Position numbers and translations under genes: made by a program
The notes under the pieces: model-generated
Told to the model about the DNA's origin: nothing
Seen by the model: the letters and a program-made list of their open reading frames with translations, nothing else
The model's database searches: none
DNA from: Promethearchaeota archaeon
GTDB lineage: Archaea > Asgardarchaeota > Lokiarchaeia > Sigyniarchaeales > SOKP01
Assembly (NCBI GenBank): GCA_018238625.1
Contig: JABCSY010000054.1
Span: 1 to 27,364, forward strand
Direction of reading: 5' to 3'
DNA: 27,364 bases
Part shown: one piece after another, positions 16,655 through 26,624 of the stretch
Position numbering within the stretch: the first letter of the stretch is position 1
Layout of the letters: every line of letters starts with the position of its first letter

Positions 16655-19033
16655 ATGCAAATTGAACATATCTCTCCTCCGGGTTATGAAGATCGAATTT
16701 CACGATTGAAAAATAGAGTGGTTTTACAACCACACGAACTCTGCATAGAAAGAGCTAAAATTTTCACGGAATCTTATAAAAGTACGAAGGGTGAAGTTCC
16801 AAACATAAGATTTGCGAAAGCTATGCGCCATCTTTTTACAAATATGACGATAAAAATATGGGACGACGAATTTATTGTTGGAAATCGATGTACTAAATTT
16901 GTTGGAACGCCCTTATATCCTGAAGTACGCGTTGATACGATTGAACAAGATATTAACCTCTATAACAATCGAGAAACTCAACGGCTATTACTTTCAGATG
17001 ACGATAAACAAATCATAATCGAAGAAATAATACCATATTGGAAAAACGAAGAAGAGACAACCAAATCCAGGTTTGACTCTTATTTAAGTCCCGAATTAAC
17101 TGCCCTCATGCTAAATCTACCGTATATCGTGGATACAAACATAACTAATGGAACGGGGCATTTCTTCCCAGGACATCATAATGTCTTAAAAGTGGGATTT
17201 AACGGCTTAATTCAAAAAGCAAGAGAGAAGATGAAAGAATTTACAAAAGATCAGAAGAAAATGAACTTTTTGGAGTCAGTTATTATTGTTTTGGACGGTT
17301 CTAAAGAATTTATTCAAAGATTCTCAATATTGGCAACGGAATTAGCAGAAAAAGAAAGCAATAGTGATAGAAAAAAAGAACTTTATGAAATTGCTGAAAT
17401 TTGTTCAAATATCTCTGGTAACCCACCATCCTCATTTAAAGAAGCCTTCCAATTATTGTATTTCACTCACGTTATTGCTGGTCTCGAAGATGGAGGCTTT
17501 GCTATTAGTATAGGACGCATAGATCAAGTTCTTTATCCTTTTTATTTTGAGGATATAAAAAAGGGAACTATAAACAATGAAGAAGTGCAATTCTTAATTG
17601 AATGTTTTTATTTGAAGCTTACAACTCTATGGAATTATGTCCTCCATAAAGGAATTATAGCGGCGGAAGGTCCGCCTCTCACAGCAAATATGACGATAGG
17701 AGGCGTTGATGAGGACGGAAACGACGCTACTAATCAATTGTCGTATCTATTCTTAAATTCTTACAAAAAACTAAAAACCGTTCAACCTACTTTTTCCGTT
17801 CGCATTCATAATAAATCTCCAGACGATTTACTTGTAAAAACAGGAGAAGCAATTAAATCTGGAACAAGTATTGCTTTGTTCAACGATGTTGTTATGATTC
17901 CAGGTCTTAACAAGCTTGGTTATACTATAGAGGATGCGCGTGGATACGCACCAATAGGGTGTGTAGAACCAACACATACTTATAAGTCGTTTGGATGTAC
18001 AAACGCTACTCAATTAAATATTGTGAAGTGTTTAGAGTTAACCTTGAACAATGGGACAGATATGTTTACAAGAAAGTCATATGGCATTGAAAACACAAAA
18101 AAGCTCTCTTCATACCAAGATTTATTGGACGAGTTTTCGAACCAACTTAGCTTTTTTACAAAAAATTTGGTAGAAACAATGTCTTTCCTCGAAAAAGCTA
18201 TTGCTGAGCTCAATCCGCAACCCTTTTTATCCGCAACTATAGACGATTGCATTGAACGGGGGTGTGATATCACAAGTGGAGGCGCTAAATATGATTTTAC
18301 TACTATTCAATTGATTGGTTTATCTACTGTTGCCGATTCTCTTGCTGTAATTAAAAAATTGGTCTACGAGGAAAAATTATACTCATTAGAAGAGTTAATC
18401 AAGATATTGTCAAAGAATTACCGGGGTACTTACAATGGTAAAAAGGGAGAAGAAATAAGACAAATCTTTATTAATAAAGTCCCTAAGTTTGGAAACGATG
18501 ACGATTATGTAGACATTATAGCTCACGACGTAGCAGATTTGTTCTGTAATGAAGTTCTTAAATATGAGAATTTTAGAGGTGGAAAGTATCATCCAGGAAT
18601 TTATTCTACAGCTTTTCACATGGCATTTGGAGTTTTTACAGCAGCCTCTGCTGATGGAAGAAAGTCAAGGGAACCGCTCTCAAATGGGGTTGGTCCAACC
18701 AATGGAAGGGATAAAAATGGTCCAACAGCGATACTTAATTCGATAATGAAGCTGGATAATGAGTTAATAACGAATGGAAATTCAGTAATATTAGCATTTC
18801 ATCCAAACACACTAAAAATAGAATTGTTCCTTCCACTTATTAGAACCTATTTTGAAGAAAATGGGGGTTATCATATCCAATTTAACGTTGTTGGAAAAGA
18901 AACTCTATGTGATGCCCAAATAAATCCAAAGGAATATCAAGGGTTAGTTGTACGGATCGCGGGTTATTCTGTATTGTTTACAGAATTATCTAAGTCTGCA
19001 CAAGACGAGATTATTGGTCGAACGGAATTTTAA
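16655..19033 (+). CDS. Glycyl radical enzyme (PFL2/dehydratase-like, substrate unknown)
   Basis: Single-Cys active-site loop IGCVEP, C-terminal glycyl radical motif LVVRIAGYS, and the family motifs SIGRIDQ, ASADGR and HIQFNVV. Confidence 0.92.
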   Translation: MQIEHISPPGYEDRISRLKNRVVLQPHELCIERAKIFTESYKSTKGEVPNIRFAKAMRHLFTNMTIKIWDDEFIVGNRCTKFVGTPLYPEVRVDTIEQDINLYNNRETQRLLLSDDDKQIIIEEIIPYWKNEEETTKSRFDSYLSPELTALMLNLPYIVDTNITNGTGHFFPGHHNVLKVGFNGLIQKAREKMKEFTKDQKKMNFLESVIIVLDGSKEFIQRFSILATELAEKESNSDRKKELYEIAEICSNISGNPPSSFKEAFQLLYFTHVIAGLEDGGFAISIGRIDQVLYPFYFEDIKKGTINNEEVQFLIECFYLKLTTLWNYVLHKGIIAAEGPPLTANMTIGGVDEDGNDATNQLSYLFLNSYKKLKTVQPTFSVRIHNKSPDDLLVKTGEAIKSGTSIALFNDVVMIPGLNKLGYTIEDARGYAPIGCVEPTHTYKSFGCTNATQLNIVKCLELTLNNGTDMFTRKSYGIENTKKLSSYQDLLDEFSNQLSFFTKNLVETMSFLEKAIAELNPQPFLSATIDDCIERGCDITSGGAKYDFTTIQLIGLSTVADSLAVIKKLVYEEKLYSLEELIKILSKNYRGTYNGKKGEEIRQIFINKVPKFGNDDDYVDIIAHDVADLFCNEVLKYENFRGGKYHPGIYSTAFHMAFGVFTAASADGRKSREPLSNGVGPTNGRDKNGPTAILNSIMKLDNELITNGNSVILAFHPNTLKIELFLPLIRTYFEENGGYHIQFNVVGKETLCDAQINPKEYQGLVVRIAGYSVLFTELSKSAQDEIIGRTEF

Positions 19034-19132
19034 TTGCATTCAAATGTAATTTATATTATTTTTTGAAGAAAAATCAAAAAAATTTTTAGTTATTATTGTT
19101 TTTTTATTGTATCTATATATAAAAAATAAAAT

Positions 19133-19204
19133 GGGCCTGTAGATCAGTCGCAGATCGCTTGCTTCGCATGTAAGAGGGCACGGGTTCAATTCCCGTCAGG
19201 TCCA
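19133..19204 (+). tRNA. tRNA-Ala(CGC)
   Basis: Cloverleaf: acceptor GGGCCTG/CAGGTCC with G3:U70, D-stem GATC/GATC, anticodon stem CTTGC/GTAAG with CGC at 19165-19167, T-arm ACGGG-TTCAATT-CCCGT and discriminator A. CCA is not encoded. Confidence 0.93.
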
Positions 19205-19240
19205 CTATTACATTAAATAACTATCTAAAAAGGTATGTAA

Positions 19241-21841
19241 ATGACGCAAGAGACCGAGTACCCAAAAAGATTTAAATTCAACGATATTCAAAAAAAGTGG
19301 ATACAATATTGGCGCGAAGAAAAGATTTACGATTTTGACATTGATAAAAAAGGCACTCTTTTTTCTATTGACACACCTCCTCCTTTTGTTAGTGGATCGT
19401 TGCATATGGGACACATTTTGAATCATTCGTGGATCGATTTTGTAGCGCGATATCATAAAATGAAGGGAGAAAATGTTTATTTTCCTCAAGGTTTTGATTG
19501 TCATGGTCTTCCAGTAGAATTAGCCGTGGCAAAAAATTATGGCGTTTCTAAGGATGACCGAGAGGAATTCTTAAAAAAATGCGTTGAATGGGTCGATAAC
19601 AATATAAAAAATATGACGAAACAGTTGAATGAATTAGGATATTCCACAGATTGGAGATATACTTATCGCACTATGGACGAGGAATATAAACGAAAAGTCC
19701 AAATTTCACTTTTAAAATTTTACGAAAAGGGATTACTTTATAGAGAGAAGTTCCCGACGCATTTCTGCGTTAATTGTGAGACTTCCGTAGCGAAAGCAGA
19801 AGTGGGTTATAAAGAAGAAACAGGAAAGTTATGGTATATAAAATTATCTTTAGTTGGAAGAGAGAACGAGTATGTTACCATAGCTACGACTCGACCAGAG
19901 TATATGGAGGCTTGCGTTGCCGTTCTTATTAATCCAAACGATGATAGATACTACGATCTTTCTGCAGCAAAAGTAAGACTTCCTATTGCTAACCGAGACG
20001 TTCAAATTTATATGAACGAAAATGTTGATATGAATTTTGGAACGGGAGTGGTTTATGTTTGTACTTACGGAGATGAAATGGACATTAAATGGAAATTAGA
20101 ATACGACCTTAACGAAATTCAAATATTTACTGAAAACGGTCGTATGAACGAGAATTCTAAATACAAAGGACTTTCAATTATGGAAGCTCGAAAACAAATA
20201 GTAAAGGATCTTGAAGAGCTAGATTTAATAGAAAAAATAGATGACTATGAACACAGCATAATAATCCATTCAGAACGCTCGTCTTGTCGAACTCCAATAG
20301 AATATCTACCAGTTTATCAGTGGTTTATTAATGTTAAGGACTTTACTCAAGAAATTATAGAATCTGCTAATTTAATGAAATGGTATCCTAAAAAACATAA
20401 ATTACGATTATTAGATTGGGCAAATGGATTAGATTGGAATTGGGTAATTTCTCGACAACGCGTCTTCGGGACACCTATTCCTTTTTGGTATTGTGGTGAA
20501 TGCAACGAGATTTTTCCTCCAAAAAAAGAAGATTTACCAATAGATCCAATTAAAGTTCCTCCACCATTTGAAAAATGTCCTAAATGTGGTAGCACTGATA
20601 TTATTGGCGAAAAAGATGTTTGCGATTGCTGGATTGATTCTAGCATATCTCCCCTTGCCATGTCCAAATGGTTAGACGATGATGCTTTCTTTAAAAGAGC
20701 CTATTTAGAAGCTAAAGTTCATCGCCCTCAAGGTTATGAAATTATTCGGACATGGTTGTTTTATACGCTATTTCGGTGCAAAATATTAACGGGAAAAGCT
20801 CCTTTTTACGAAGCAATGATTAATGGTATGGTTTCAGGTCCAGATGGAAGACATATGTCAAAAAGCCTTGGAAATTCTATTTCACCGGATGAAGTTATGC
20901 CCAAATTTGGAGCTGACGCGGTTAGACAATGGGCAGCGATGGGCTCACTAGGTGATGATTACCCATTTGAATTTACTTGGATAAATATTCATACAAAACA
21001 GCCGATTTCAAAAGAAAACATCGAAAAAGAGAGGAAAAAACTCCCAGAAGACAAATTTAACAAAAAATACCGCAGAAATTTCGAGCAACTAATTGGAACA
21101 TCGCGATTTATCACTAAGATGTGGAACGCATACAGATTTTTGTTCCTTAATTTAAGAAACATCGAGGTTCCAAATTTACAAATTAAAGATAGCGAATTAT
21201 CTGAAATTGAAAGTTATTATTTTTTTGAATTTAACAAAGCTTTAAAAGAAGCTACAAAACATTTCGACGGATATAATTGGCACGAAGCTTTTATTGTATT
21301 GCGAGTTTTTTTCTGGAACGAACTGTGCGATAATTACATAGAAGCAATAAAGCATAAATTCTATTCTGAAGATAAAAATATTGCGCAAAACGCATTAAAA
21401 AATGCCCTGAGTTTATTTTACAAGATTTTAACCACATTCGCCTTTACAATGCCTTTTATTACAGAAGAAATTTACTCAATTCTCTATCAAAATTATAAAG
21501 AGTTGAAATCGATTCATTTAGAAACATGGCCGCAGCCGTACGATAATGTTTCTGAGGAGCTAGCGAATCGTGGAAAAGTAGCAATTGAAATTATCAAAAT
21601 TCTTAGAAATTGCAAATCTAAGCTTAAAATACCGTTAAATCAAGATGTAGAAAGAATTGTTATTTCCACTGATAAAAATACGATGACCGAGATTGAAATT
21701 GTAAAAGCTGATATTATTAACACAATTAGAATAAAAAACTTTGAAATTATTGAAAGCAAAAAAGAAAAAGACATTAAAGAAAGTCCTGAACTTAAAGAAC
21801 ATTACGAGGATTTAAATTTATCCATATTCTTTTTTAATTAA
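19241..21841 (+). CDS. valS: Valine--tRNA ligase (archaeal type)
   Basis: DTPPP, HIGH-like HMGH, GFDCHGLP, editing motifs ATTRPE and GTGVV, WVISRQR and KMSKS-like HMSKS. Confidence 0.93.
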   Translation: MTQETEYPKRFKFNDIQKKWIQYWREEKIYDFDIDKKGTLFSIDTPPPFVSGSLHMGHILNHSWIDFVARYHKMKGENVYFPQGFDCHGLPVELAVAKNYGVSKDDREEFLKKCVEWVDNNIKNMTKQLNELGYSTDWRYTYRTMDEEYKRKVQISLLKFYEKGLLYREKFPTHFCVNCETSVAKAEVGYKEETGKLWYIKLSLVGRENEYVTIATTRPEYMEACVAVLINPNDDRYYDLSAAKVRLPIANRDVQIYMNENVDMNFGTGVVYVCTYGDEMDIKWKLEYDLNEIQIFTENGRMNENSKYKGLSIMEARKQIVKDLEELDLIEKIDDYEHSIIIHSERSSCRTPIEYLPVYQWFINVKDFTQEIIESANLMKWYPKKHKLRLLDWANGLDWNWVISRQRVFGTPIPFWYCGECNEIFPPKKEDLPIDPIKVPPPFEKCPKCGSTDIIGEKDVCDCWIDSSISPLAMSKWLDDDAFFKRAYLEAKVHRPQGYEIIRTWLFYTLFRCKILTGKAPFYEAMINGMVSGPDGRHMSKSLGNSISPDEVMPKFGADAVRQWAAMGSLGDDYPFEFTWINIHTKQPISKENIEKERKKLPEDKFNKKYRRNFEQLIGTSRFITKMWNAYRFLFLNLRNIEVPNLQIKDSELSEIESYYFFEFNKALKEATKHFDGYNWHEAFIVLRVFFWNELCDNYIEAIKHKFYSEDKNIAQNALKNALSLFYKILTTFAFTMPFITEEIYSILYQNYKELKSIHLETWPQPYDNVSEELANRGKVAIEIIKILRNCKSKLKIPLNQDVERIVISTDKNTMTEIEIVKADIINTIRIKNFEIIESKKEKDIKESPELKEHYEDLNLSIFFFN

Positions 21842-21867
21842 TTCTTTTATCTACAATCTTTTTTAAG

Positions 21868-22590
21868 ATGGCGAATAAAAATTTAATTATTTTCGTCCCC
21901 GCTTATAACGAAGAAAAAAGCATTTTTAATTTGATTAAGGAAATACCCTCTTTCCCAAACATTAACCAGAAAGTTATTGTTATTAGCGATGGCAGTACGG
22001 ACAACACTTCAGCTGCCGCGAAAAAAGCAGGTGCAACAGTAATATCGAATAAAAAGAACTTAGGTTTGGGTTATTCCTTTAAGATTGGATTAGTAGAAGC
22101 GTTAAAAGAAGAGGCAGATATTGTGGTGGTGTTAGACGGCGATGGTCAATATAACCCTAAACACATAATTAAGTTGATTTCTCCAATTTTACGAAACGAA
22201 GCCGATTTAGTGCAAGGAAATCGATTTTTGACTGGCGAGAGATACGAATCTTCGTCAATAAAGATATTAGGAAACAAATTTATCTCGATCTTTTTGTCCA
22301 TGATATTATTAAGACGGTCAGAAGTTTACGACGTACAATCCTCTTTTAGGGCGTTTAATGGATCGTTAGCAGCTGTTCTTGTGAAAGAAATTGTAGGTAA
22401 GTACAATTACGCTCAAGAAATGTTTATAATAACGAGCTTACATGGGTACAAAATAAAACAAATTCCGATCCAATGCTCGAAAAGAAGATACGGTAAATCA
22501 AGGTTAATCAGGAATCCTTTCATCCATTTAATTAAAATTCTTTGGGTTAGTTTTAGAACTTATTTGCTATTTAGAGTAAAAGGGCTATAG
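21868..22590 (+). CDS. Glycosyltransferase family 2 (DPM synthase-like)
   Basis: Motifs VPAYNEE, SDGSTDNT, DGDGQY, GNRF and DVQSSFRAF. Confidence 0.9.
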   Translation: MANKNLIIFVPAYNEEKSIFNLIKEIPSFPNINQKVIVISDGSTDNTSAAAKKAGATVISNKKNLGLGYSFKIGLVEALKEEADIVVVLDGDGQYNPKHIIKLISPILRNEADLVQGNRFLTGERYESSSIKILGNKFISIFLSMILLRRSEVYDVQSSFRAFNGSLAAVLVKEIVGKYNYAQEMFIITSLHGYKIKQIPIQCSKRRYGKSRLIRNPFIHLIKILWVSFRTYLLFRVKGL

Positions 22591-22609
22591 TAATGCTATG
22601 TTTATAAGT

Positions 22610-23452
22610 TCAATTCATATTTTCTCCAAGACCTAATTGCGACACCATCATTCTTTTCAGCTCTTCTTTATTTTTAGGCAAACCAAACATATCTGCATAC
22701 TTATCTGTCGTAGCCAATTCAGCTGACCTTCCTTTTTTTACTGCCGATATTAGATCGTTTTCTAAAAGGTATTTAACATGATCGTAAGCTCCACTTCCTC
22801 TTAATTTAATAACCATTGATTTTAAAATTGGTTGTTTCAACGCTATAATCGTTAGCGTTCTTAAATAACGCTCAGCAATAGCGCCTCCTTTGGCAAATTT
22901 AGATACGGTTTCGGTAAGTTCGGGTCTAAGCTGCATCTGGTATTTCTCCCCAATTTGAGCGACAATTAGTGCGCCAGAACGTTCTAAATAATCAAAAGCG
23001 ACAGCTCTTACTAATTCTTCAACTTCTTTTTTGGGAATTTCTAATTTAGTCGATAATTCTTCTACATCAAGGGGTCTACCTGCTGCGTAAAGGGCGCCTT
23101 CTATTAGATTTCTCCGTAGTTCTTTTAATTGTATTTTTAAATCTTCTTTCGTGATTTCTTGGGGAATTTGGGGTTCTTCACCGTCATTTCCGATAATTTT
23201 TGTTTCCAATTCACTTAATCTTTCTTCTGAGGCTTCGAAACTTAATGTGTCTTCCTCAGATTCTTCTTTGGATTCTTTTTCAAGTTCTTCTTCGATATTC
23301 TCATCAGTATCAATAGTATCTCCTAATTCTTCTGGAATCTTTTCAACTTGAGAGATATTTTCTTCTATTTCACTTATATGTATTTCTTCCTTCTCTTCTT
23401 CTGTTTCAATTTCAGGTAGTTTTTCTAGTTCTTTTTCGCTATTATCGTTCAT
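22610..23452 (-). CDS. scpB: SMC-Scp complex subunit ScpB (kite) with acidic N-terminal extension
   Basis: Motifs IEGALYAAGRPL, LRTLTIIALKQPI, IKLRGSGAYDHVKYL and TTDKYADMFGL. Confidence 0.9.
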   Translation of the reverse strand: MNDNSEKELEKLPEIETEEEKEEIHISEIEENISQVEKIPEELGDTIDTDENIEEELEKESKEESEEDTLSFEASEERLSELETKIIGNDGEEPQIPQEITKEDLKIQLKELRRNLIEGALYAAGRPLDVEELSTKLEIPKKEVEELVRAVAFDYLERSGALIVAQIGEKYQMQLRPELTETVSKFAKGGAIAERYLRTLTIIALKQPILKSMVIKLRGSGAYDHVKYLLENDLISAVKKGRSAELATTDKYADMFGLPKNKEELKRMMVSQLGLGENMN

Positions 23453-23467
23453 AATTTATCGCCAAAA

Positions 23468-23620
23468 TTATTTTTTTAAGTTAATTGAAATATTTTTAAA
23501 AACTTCTTCTTGTGATAGTGTCAGCTTATTGCCCGTGGACAGGAACATAAGCGCCAAAAACATTCTTACAAAAGCAAACTTTTTACCAATCTCGCTTTCT
23601 TCTTCAGTATATAATAAACA
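23468..23620 (-). pseudogene. scpA: C-terminal fragment of ScpA (kleisin); 5' part absent
   Basis: Open frame reads ...EEESEIGKKFAFVRMFLALMFLSTGNKLTLSQEEVFKNISINLKK*, matching the kleisin C-terminal winged-helix pattern (FLALLxL..G.i.l.Q.e.F..I.I). It lies directly upstream of scpB, with an in-frame stop at 23621-23623. Confidence 0.75.
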
Positions 23621-23624
23621 TTAT

Positions 23625-24629
23625 TTATGTGAGCGTTAATCTTGGGTCGAGAGCGTCTCTTAAACCATCTCCCACTAACATAAATCCAAGTACAGTAATT
23701 AATATCATTAAACCAGGATAGAGTGGCGCCCAAGGAGCATCATATAAGTTTTCCCTTGCAAGACTTATATCATTTCCCCATTCTACAAATGTTGGATCGC
23801 CAAATCCTAAAAATGCTAATCCCGCCAAACCTAAAATAAATCCTCCTATAGCGAAAGTAACTGAAATTATTACAGGTTGTATAACGTTTGGTAATATATG
23901 CTTGAACATTATCCTCCAGTTATTCGCACCAGCAACTTTTGCGGCTTTTACATAGGGTAGTTCCTTAGCTTGTAACACGTTGCCTCTGATCAATCTGGAA
24001 TAACCGGGGATTCCTAAAAATGCATAAATAAACATAATAACTTGTATTTTTTTTCCAAAGATACCTACAAATACTAATGCAAGGATAAGTCCTGGAAAAG
24101 CAAGAAAAACATCTGCTATTCTCATGATAACTGAATCTATCCATCCCCCATAGTATGCAGCAATAACCCCCAGAAATACGCCGCCAATAACATTCATAGC
24201 AATAGCAGGAAGGGCTACCGTCAATGAGGAACGCGCACCAAATATAATTCTTGCTAAAACATCACGTCCTAGTTGTGTAGTTCCCAATAAGTGTTCTGGT
24301 GAGGGCGGAGCAAATGGAAGAAAAAGGTATCCCGTTGCTTCTGCAAATGTATAGGGAGAAAGCCAATGGGGAAAAACAGCCATAGTAACCAAGCAAAATA
24401 CAATAAATAAACCTAAAAGTGTTAATGCTGACTTAAGTTTTCTTATAAATTTTCTTTGACTTACTTGTTTTTCATATTCACGTTCTTTAAATGTCAATTC
24501 TTCTATAGTTGATGCTGGAACTATAAGAAATTTAAGATTTCTTATGAAAAATTCGAAAATATTTTTTACAACATTCTCTTTTTTCTCTTCTTTCTCAACT
24601 TCTATTTGATAAGTTTGATCACTTTCCAT
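23625..24629 (-). CDS. dppC: Peptide/nickel ABC transporter permease (DppC/OppC family)
   Basis: HLLGTTQLGRDVLARIIFGARSSL, EAA loop YVKAAKVAGA..HILPN and GDGLRDALDPR. Confidence 0.9.
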   Translation of the reverse strand: MESDQTYQIEVEKEEKKENVVKNIFEFFIRNLKFLIVPASTIEELTFKEREYEKQVSQRKFIRKLKSALTLLGLFIVFCLVTMAVFPHWLSPYTFAEATGYLFLPFAPPSPEHLLGTTQLGRDVLARIIFGARSSLTVALPAIAMNVIGGVFLGVIAAYYGGWIDSVIMRIADVFLAFPGLILALVFVGIFGKKIQVIMFIYAFLGIPGYSRLIRGNVLQAKELPYVKAAKVAGANNWRIMFKHILPNVIQPVIISVTFAIGGFILGLAGLAFLGFGDPTFVEWGNDISLARENLYDAPWAPLYPGLMILITVLGFMLVGDGLRDALDPRLTLT

Positions 24630-24682
24630 ACTTTTTCACATCCTACTTCTTATTTTTTATTTATTTAAATATGAAATTTTTA

Positions 24683-25711
24683 TTAATATCTTATTCTTGG
24701 ATCTAGAATACCGTAAGCTATATCAGTTATAAGTGTAGTTGCGACAAATATTAATGCCATCATAAATACGACACCGTTTAGTACCCAATAATCGCTTTTT
24801 TCAATCGCATCTACTAACGTTAAACCAATTCCATATATTCCAAAAGTAGTTTCCGTTAAAACTGCTCCTGTTAATAAACTTGCAAAATTTAATCCAATTA
24901 CGGTTATTGTTGGAATAAGAGAATTTTTTAATGCGTGAGTATTGATTACATCTCTCTCTTTACACCCTTTTGCTCTAGCTGTTCTCACATAATCTTGTTC
25001 CAATACTTCTAACATGCTTGAACGAGATTGTCTGACTATAGAAGCAAGAGTAACAAAAGATAAACAAAATACAGGCATTACCATGTGAATTAGATAATCT
25101 CCCACTAAATAAAAATATCCTCCTAGTATTGAGTCAATTAATATAAATCCCGTTATAGTTGGAGGATATGGATATTGTACTGACTTAATACCTACAGTAG
25201 GAAAGATATCAAGCTTATAACCTAAGAAAAATTGCATTAACATACCTAAAAAGAATATTGGAAATGCAACGCCTATTAATGCCATCCCCCTGAAAACAGT
25301 ATCTTTGATTTTATTTCTATTAGTAGCTGAAATCACTCCAACTTTAATTCCTATAAAAGAAGCGATAATCATTGAATATAGAGCAAGATCTATAGTTCTA
25401 GGAAGGCGTCTTCCTATTAAATCTATTACTTGCGATCCTGTAGCAACGGAGTAAGATTCACCCCAGTTACCAGTAAATAAATCTAAAATATATCTAAAGT
25501 ATTGGAGAATTATAGGCAGATCTAATCCCAATTCATGACGTTTTGCTGCAATTACAGCTGGATTTGGGTGAGGTATGCCCTGTGATTGTAATAATGCTAA
25601 GACTGGATCACCTGGCATCATTCTAGATAGAAAAAAAGTTAGTGTCATAACACCAAATATTATAGGTATAATTGCAATTAATCTTCTTACAAGATACTTA
25701 GTTAGACTCAT
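24683..25711 (-). CDS. dppB: Peptide/nickel ABC transporter permease (DppB/OppB family)
   Basis: PGDP, LGLDLP..QY, EAA loop DYVRTARAKG..HALKNS and C-terminal LDPRIRY. Confidence 0.9.
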   Translation of the reverse strand: MSLTKYLVRRLIAIIPIIFGVMTLTFFLSRMMPGDPVLALLQSQGIPHPNPAVIAAKRHELGLDLPIILQYFRYILDLFTGNWGESYSVATGSQVIDLIGRRLPRTIDLALYSMIIASFIGIKVGVISATNRNKIKDTVFRGMALIGVAFPIFFLGMLMQFFLGYKLDIFPTVGIKSVQYPYPPTITGFILIDSILGGYFYLVGDYLIHMVMPVFCLSFVTLASIVRQSRSSMLEVLEQDYVRTARAKGCKERDVINTHALKNSLIPTITVIGLNFASLLTGAVLTETTFGIYGIGLTLVDAIEKSDYWVLNGVVFMMALIFVATTLITDIAYGILDPRIRY

Positions 25712-25756
25712 AATACCACTTCAAATTTTCAATTTTTTTTTTAATTTATTATTAAT

Positions 25757-26230
25757 TTATAATTTTACCGGAGTTAATTTTAAAGCTTCCGTTTTAAACA
25801 ACTTATATTTCTCTTTTGCTATTGCTCCTAAAAATGTTGCAGATAAGACTAAGGCAAATAAAGATAAAATCGTAAGATAACTTTCAAATCGGATAAAATA
25901 TCCTCCAATTATCGTGATATCAAATTCACCAGTAATAAACCAATACCATATCCATGATTCTACGATTATGAATGGAATTGTCCATATACTGTTTCTCATT
26001 CCGTATTCATAAAAATTTTCTCTAAAAGTCATTAGGAAGATAATTAGAAATAGAATTATTGCTGATACAAATGAATATGGGTTAAACATAACTTTATATA
26101 AAAATAATATACCATCTCCTATACCAGTTATGTATACATTGGCTAGGTAACCAAAAAATAAGAAGTGGATCAATAACAAACCTAAAATGAAGTTTCCTTG
26201 TCTTCCAATATCAATTTTTTTAAATTTCAT
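25757..26230 (-). CDS. Hypothetical membrane protein (~4 TM helices)
   Basis: 157-aa ORF with several hydrophobic stretches, co-oriented upstream of dppB. Confidence 0.7.
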   Translation of the reverse strand: MKFKKIDIGRQGNFILGLLLIHFLFFGYLANVYITGIGDGILFLYKVMFNPYSFVSAIILFLIIFLMTFRENFYEYGMRNSIWTIPFIIVESWIWYWFITGEFDITIIGGYFIRFESYLTILSLFALVLSATFLGAIAKEKYKLFKTEALKLTPVKL

Positions 26231-26624
26231 TTATCAAATTCTCCAATTCAATATTTTTTAATTCACTAATACTTTGAATATTATTATTTAAATCATTTAT
26301 TGTAATGTTTGTATATTTAAGAATGATTTCTTTTTTTCTAAAAATAGTAAATTTATAGGGTTTTCTTTTTTGTTCTGTAAGCAATTTTTTATTGTAACAG
26401 AAAGTTTCTAAAATGTCGTCATAAATTAAATAAGGTAGGAAGCGCATTTTCTTCACGATATTTTTTTCACCTTCTCTAAATTTCTCGATATTTATTTCGA
26501 TAATTCTGGGATAATAATTTGATTTTTTTGTGATATATATTTTTTCTTCTTTATACTCACCATTGGATTTTATCTTAATTGAATTGCTTTCTAATCTTTC
26601 TTGAAAATATGCTATAATGCGGTA
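26220..26624 (-). CDS. 5'-truncated hypothetical protein
   Basis: The frame of the 78-aa track ORF stays open upstream to 26624 (..IIAYFQERLESNSIKIKSNGEYKEEKIYITKKSNYYPRIIEINIEKFREGEKNIVKKMR..) with no ATG/GTG/TTG in that extension. The upstream stop is at 26625-26627. Confidence 0.5.
   Translation of the reverse strand, partial: YRIIAYFQERLESNSIKIKSNGEYKEEKIYITKKSNYYPRIIEINIEKFREGEKNIVKKMRFLPYLIYDDILETFCYNKKLLTEQKRKPYKFTIFRKKEIILKYTNITINDLNNNIQSISELKNIELENLINEI

Noticed and set aside
897-23351. Short antisense or alternate-frame ORFs in the track (e.g. 897-1181, 3626-4141, 15757-16188, 20347-20667)
   Set aside because: They overlap well-supported genes and show no motifs, as expected for shadow ORFs.
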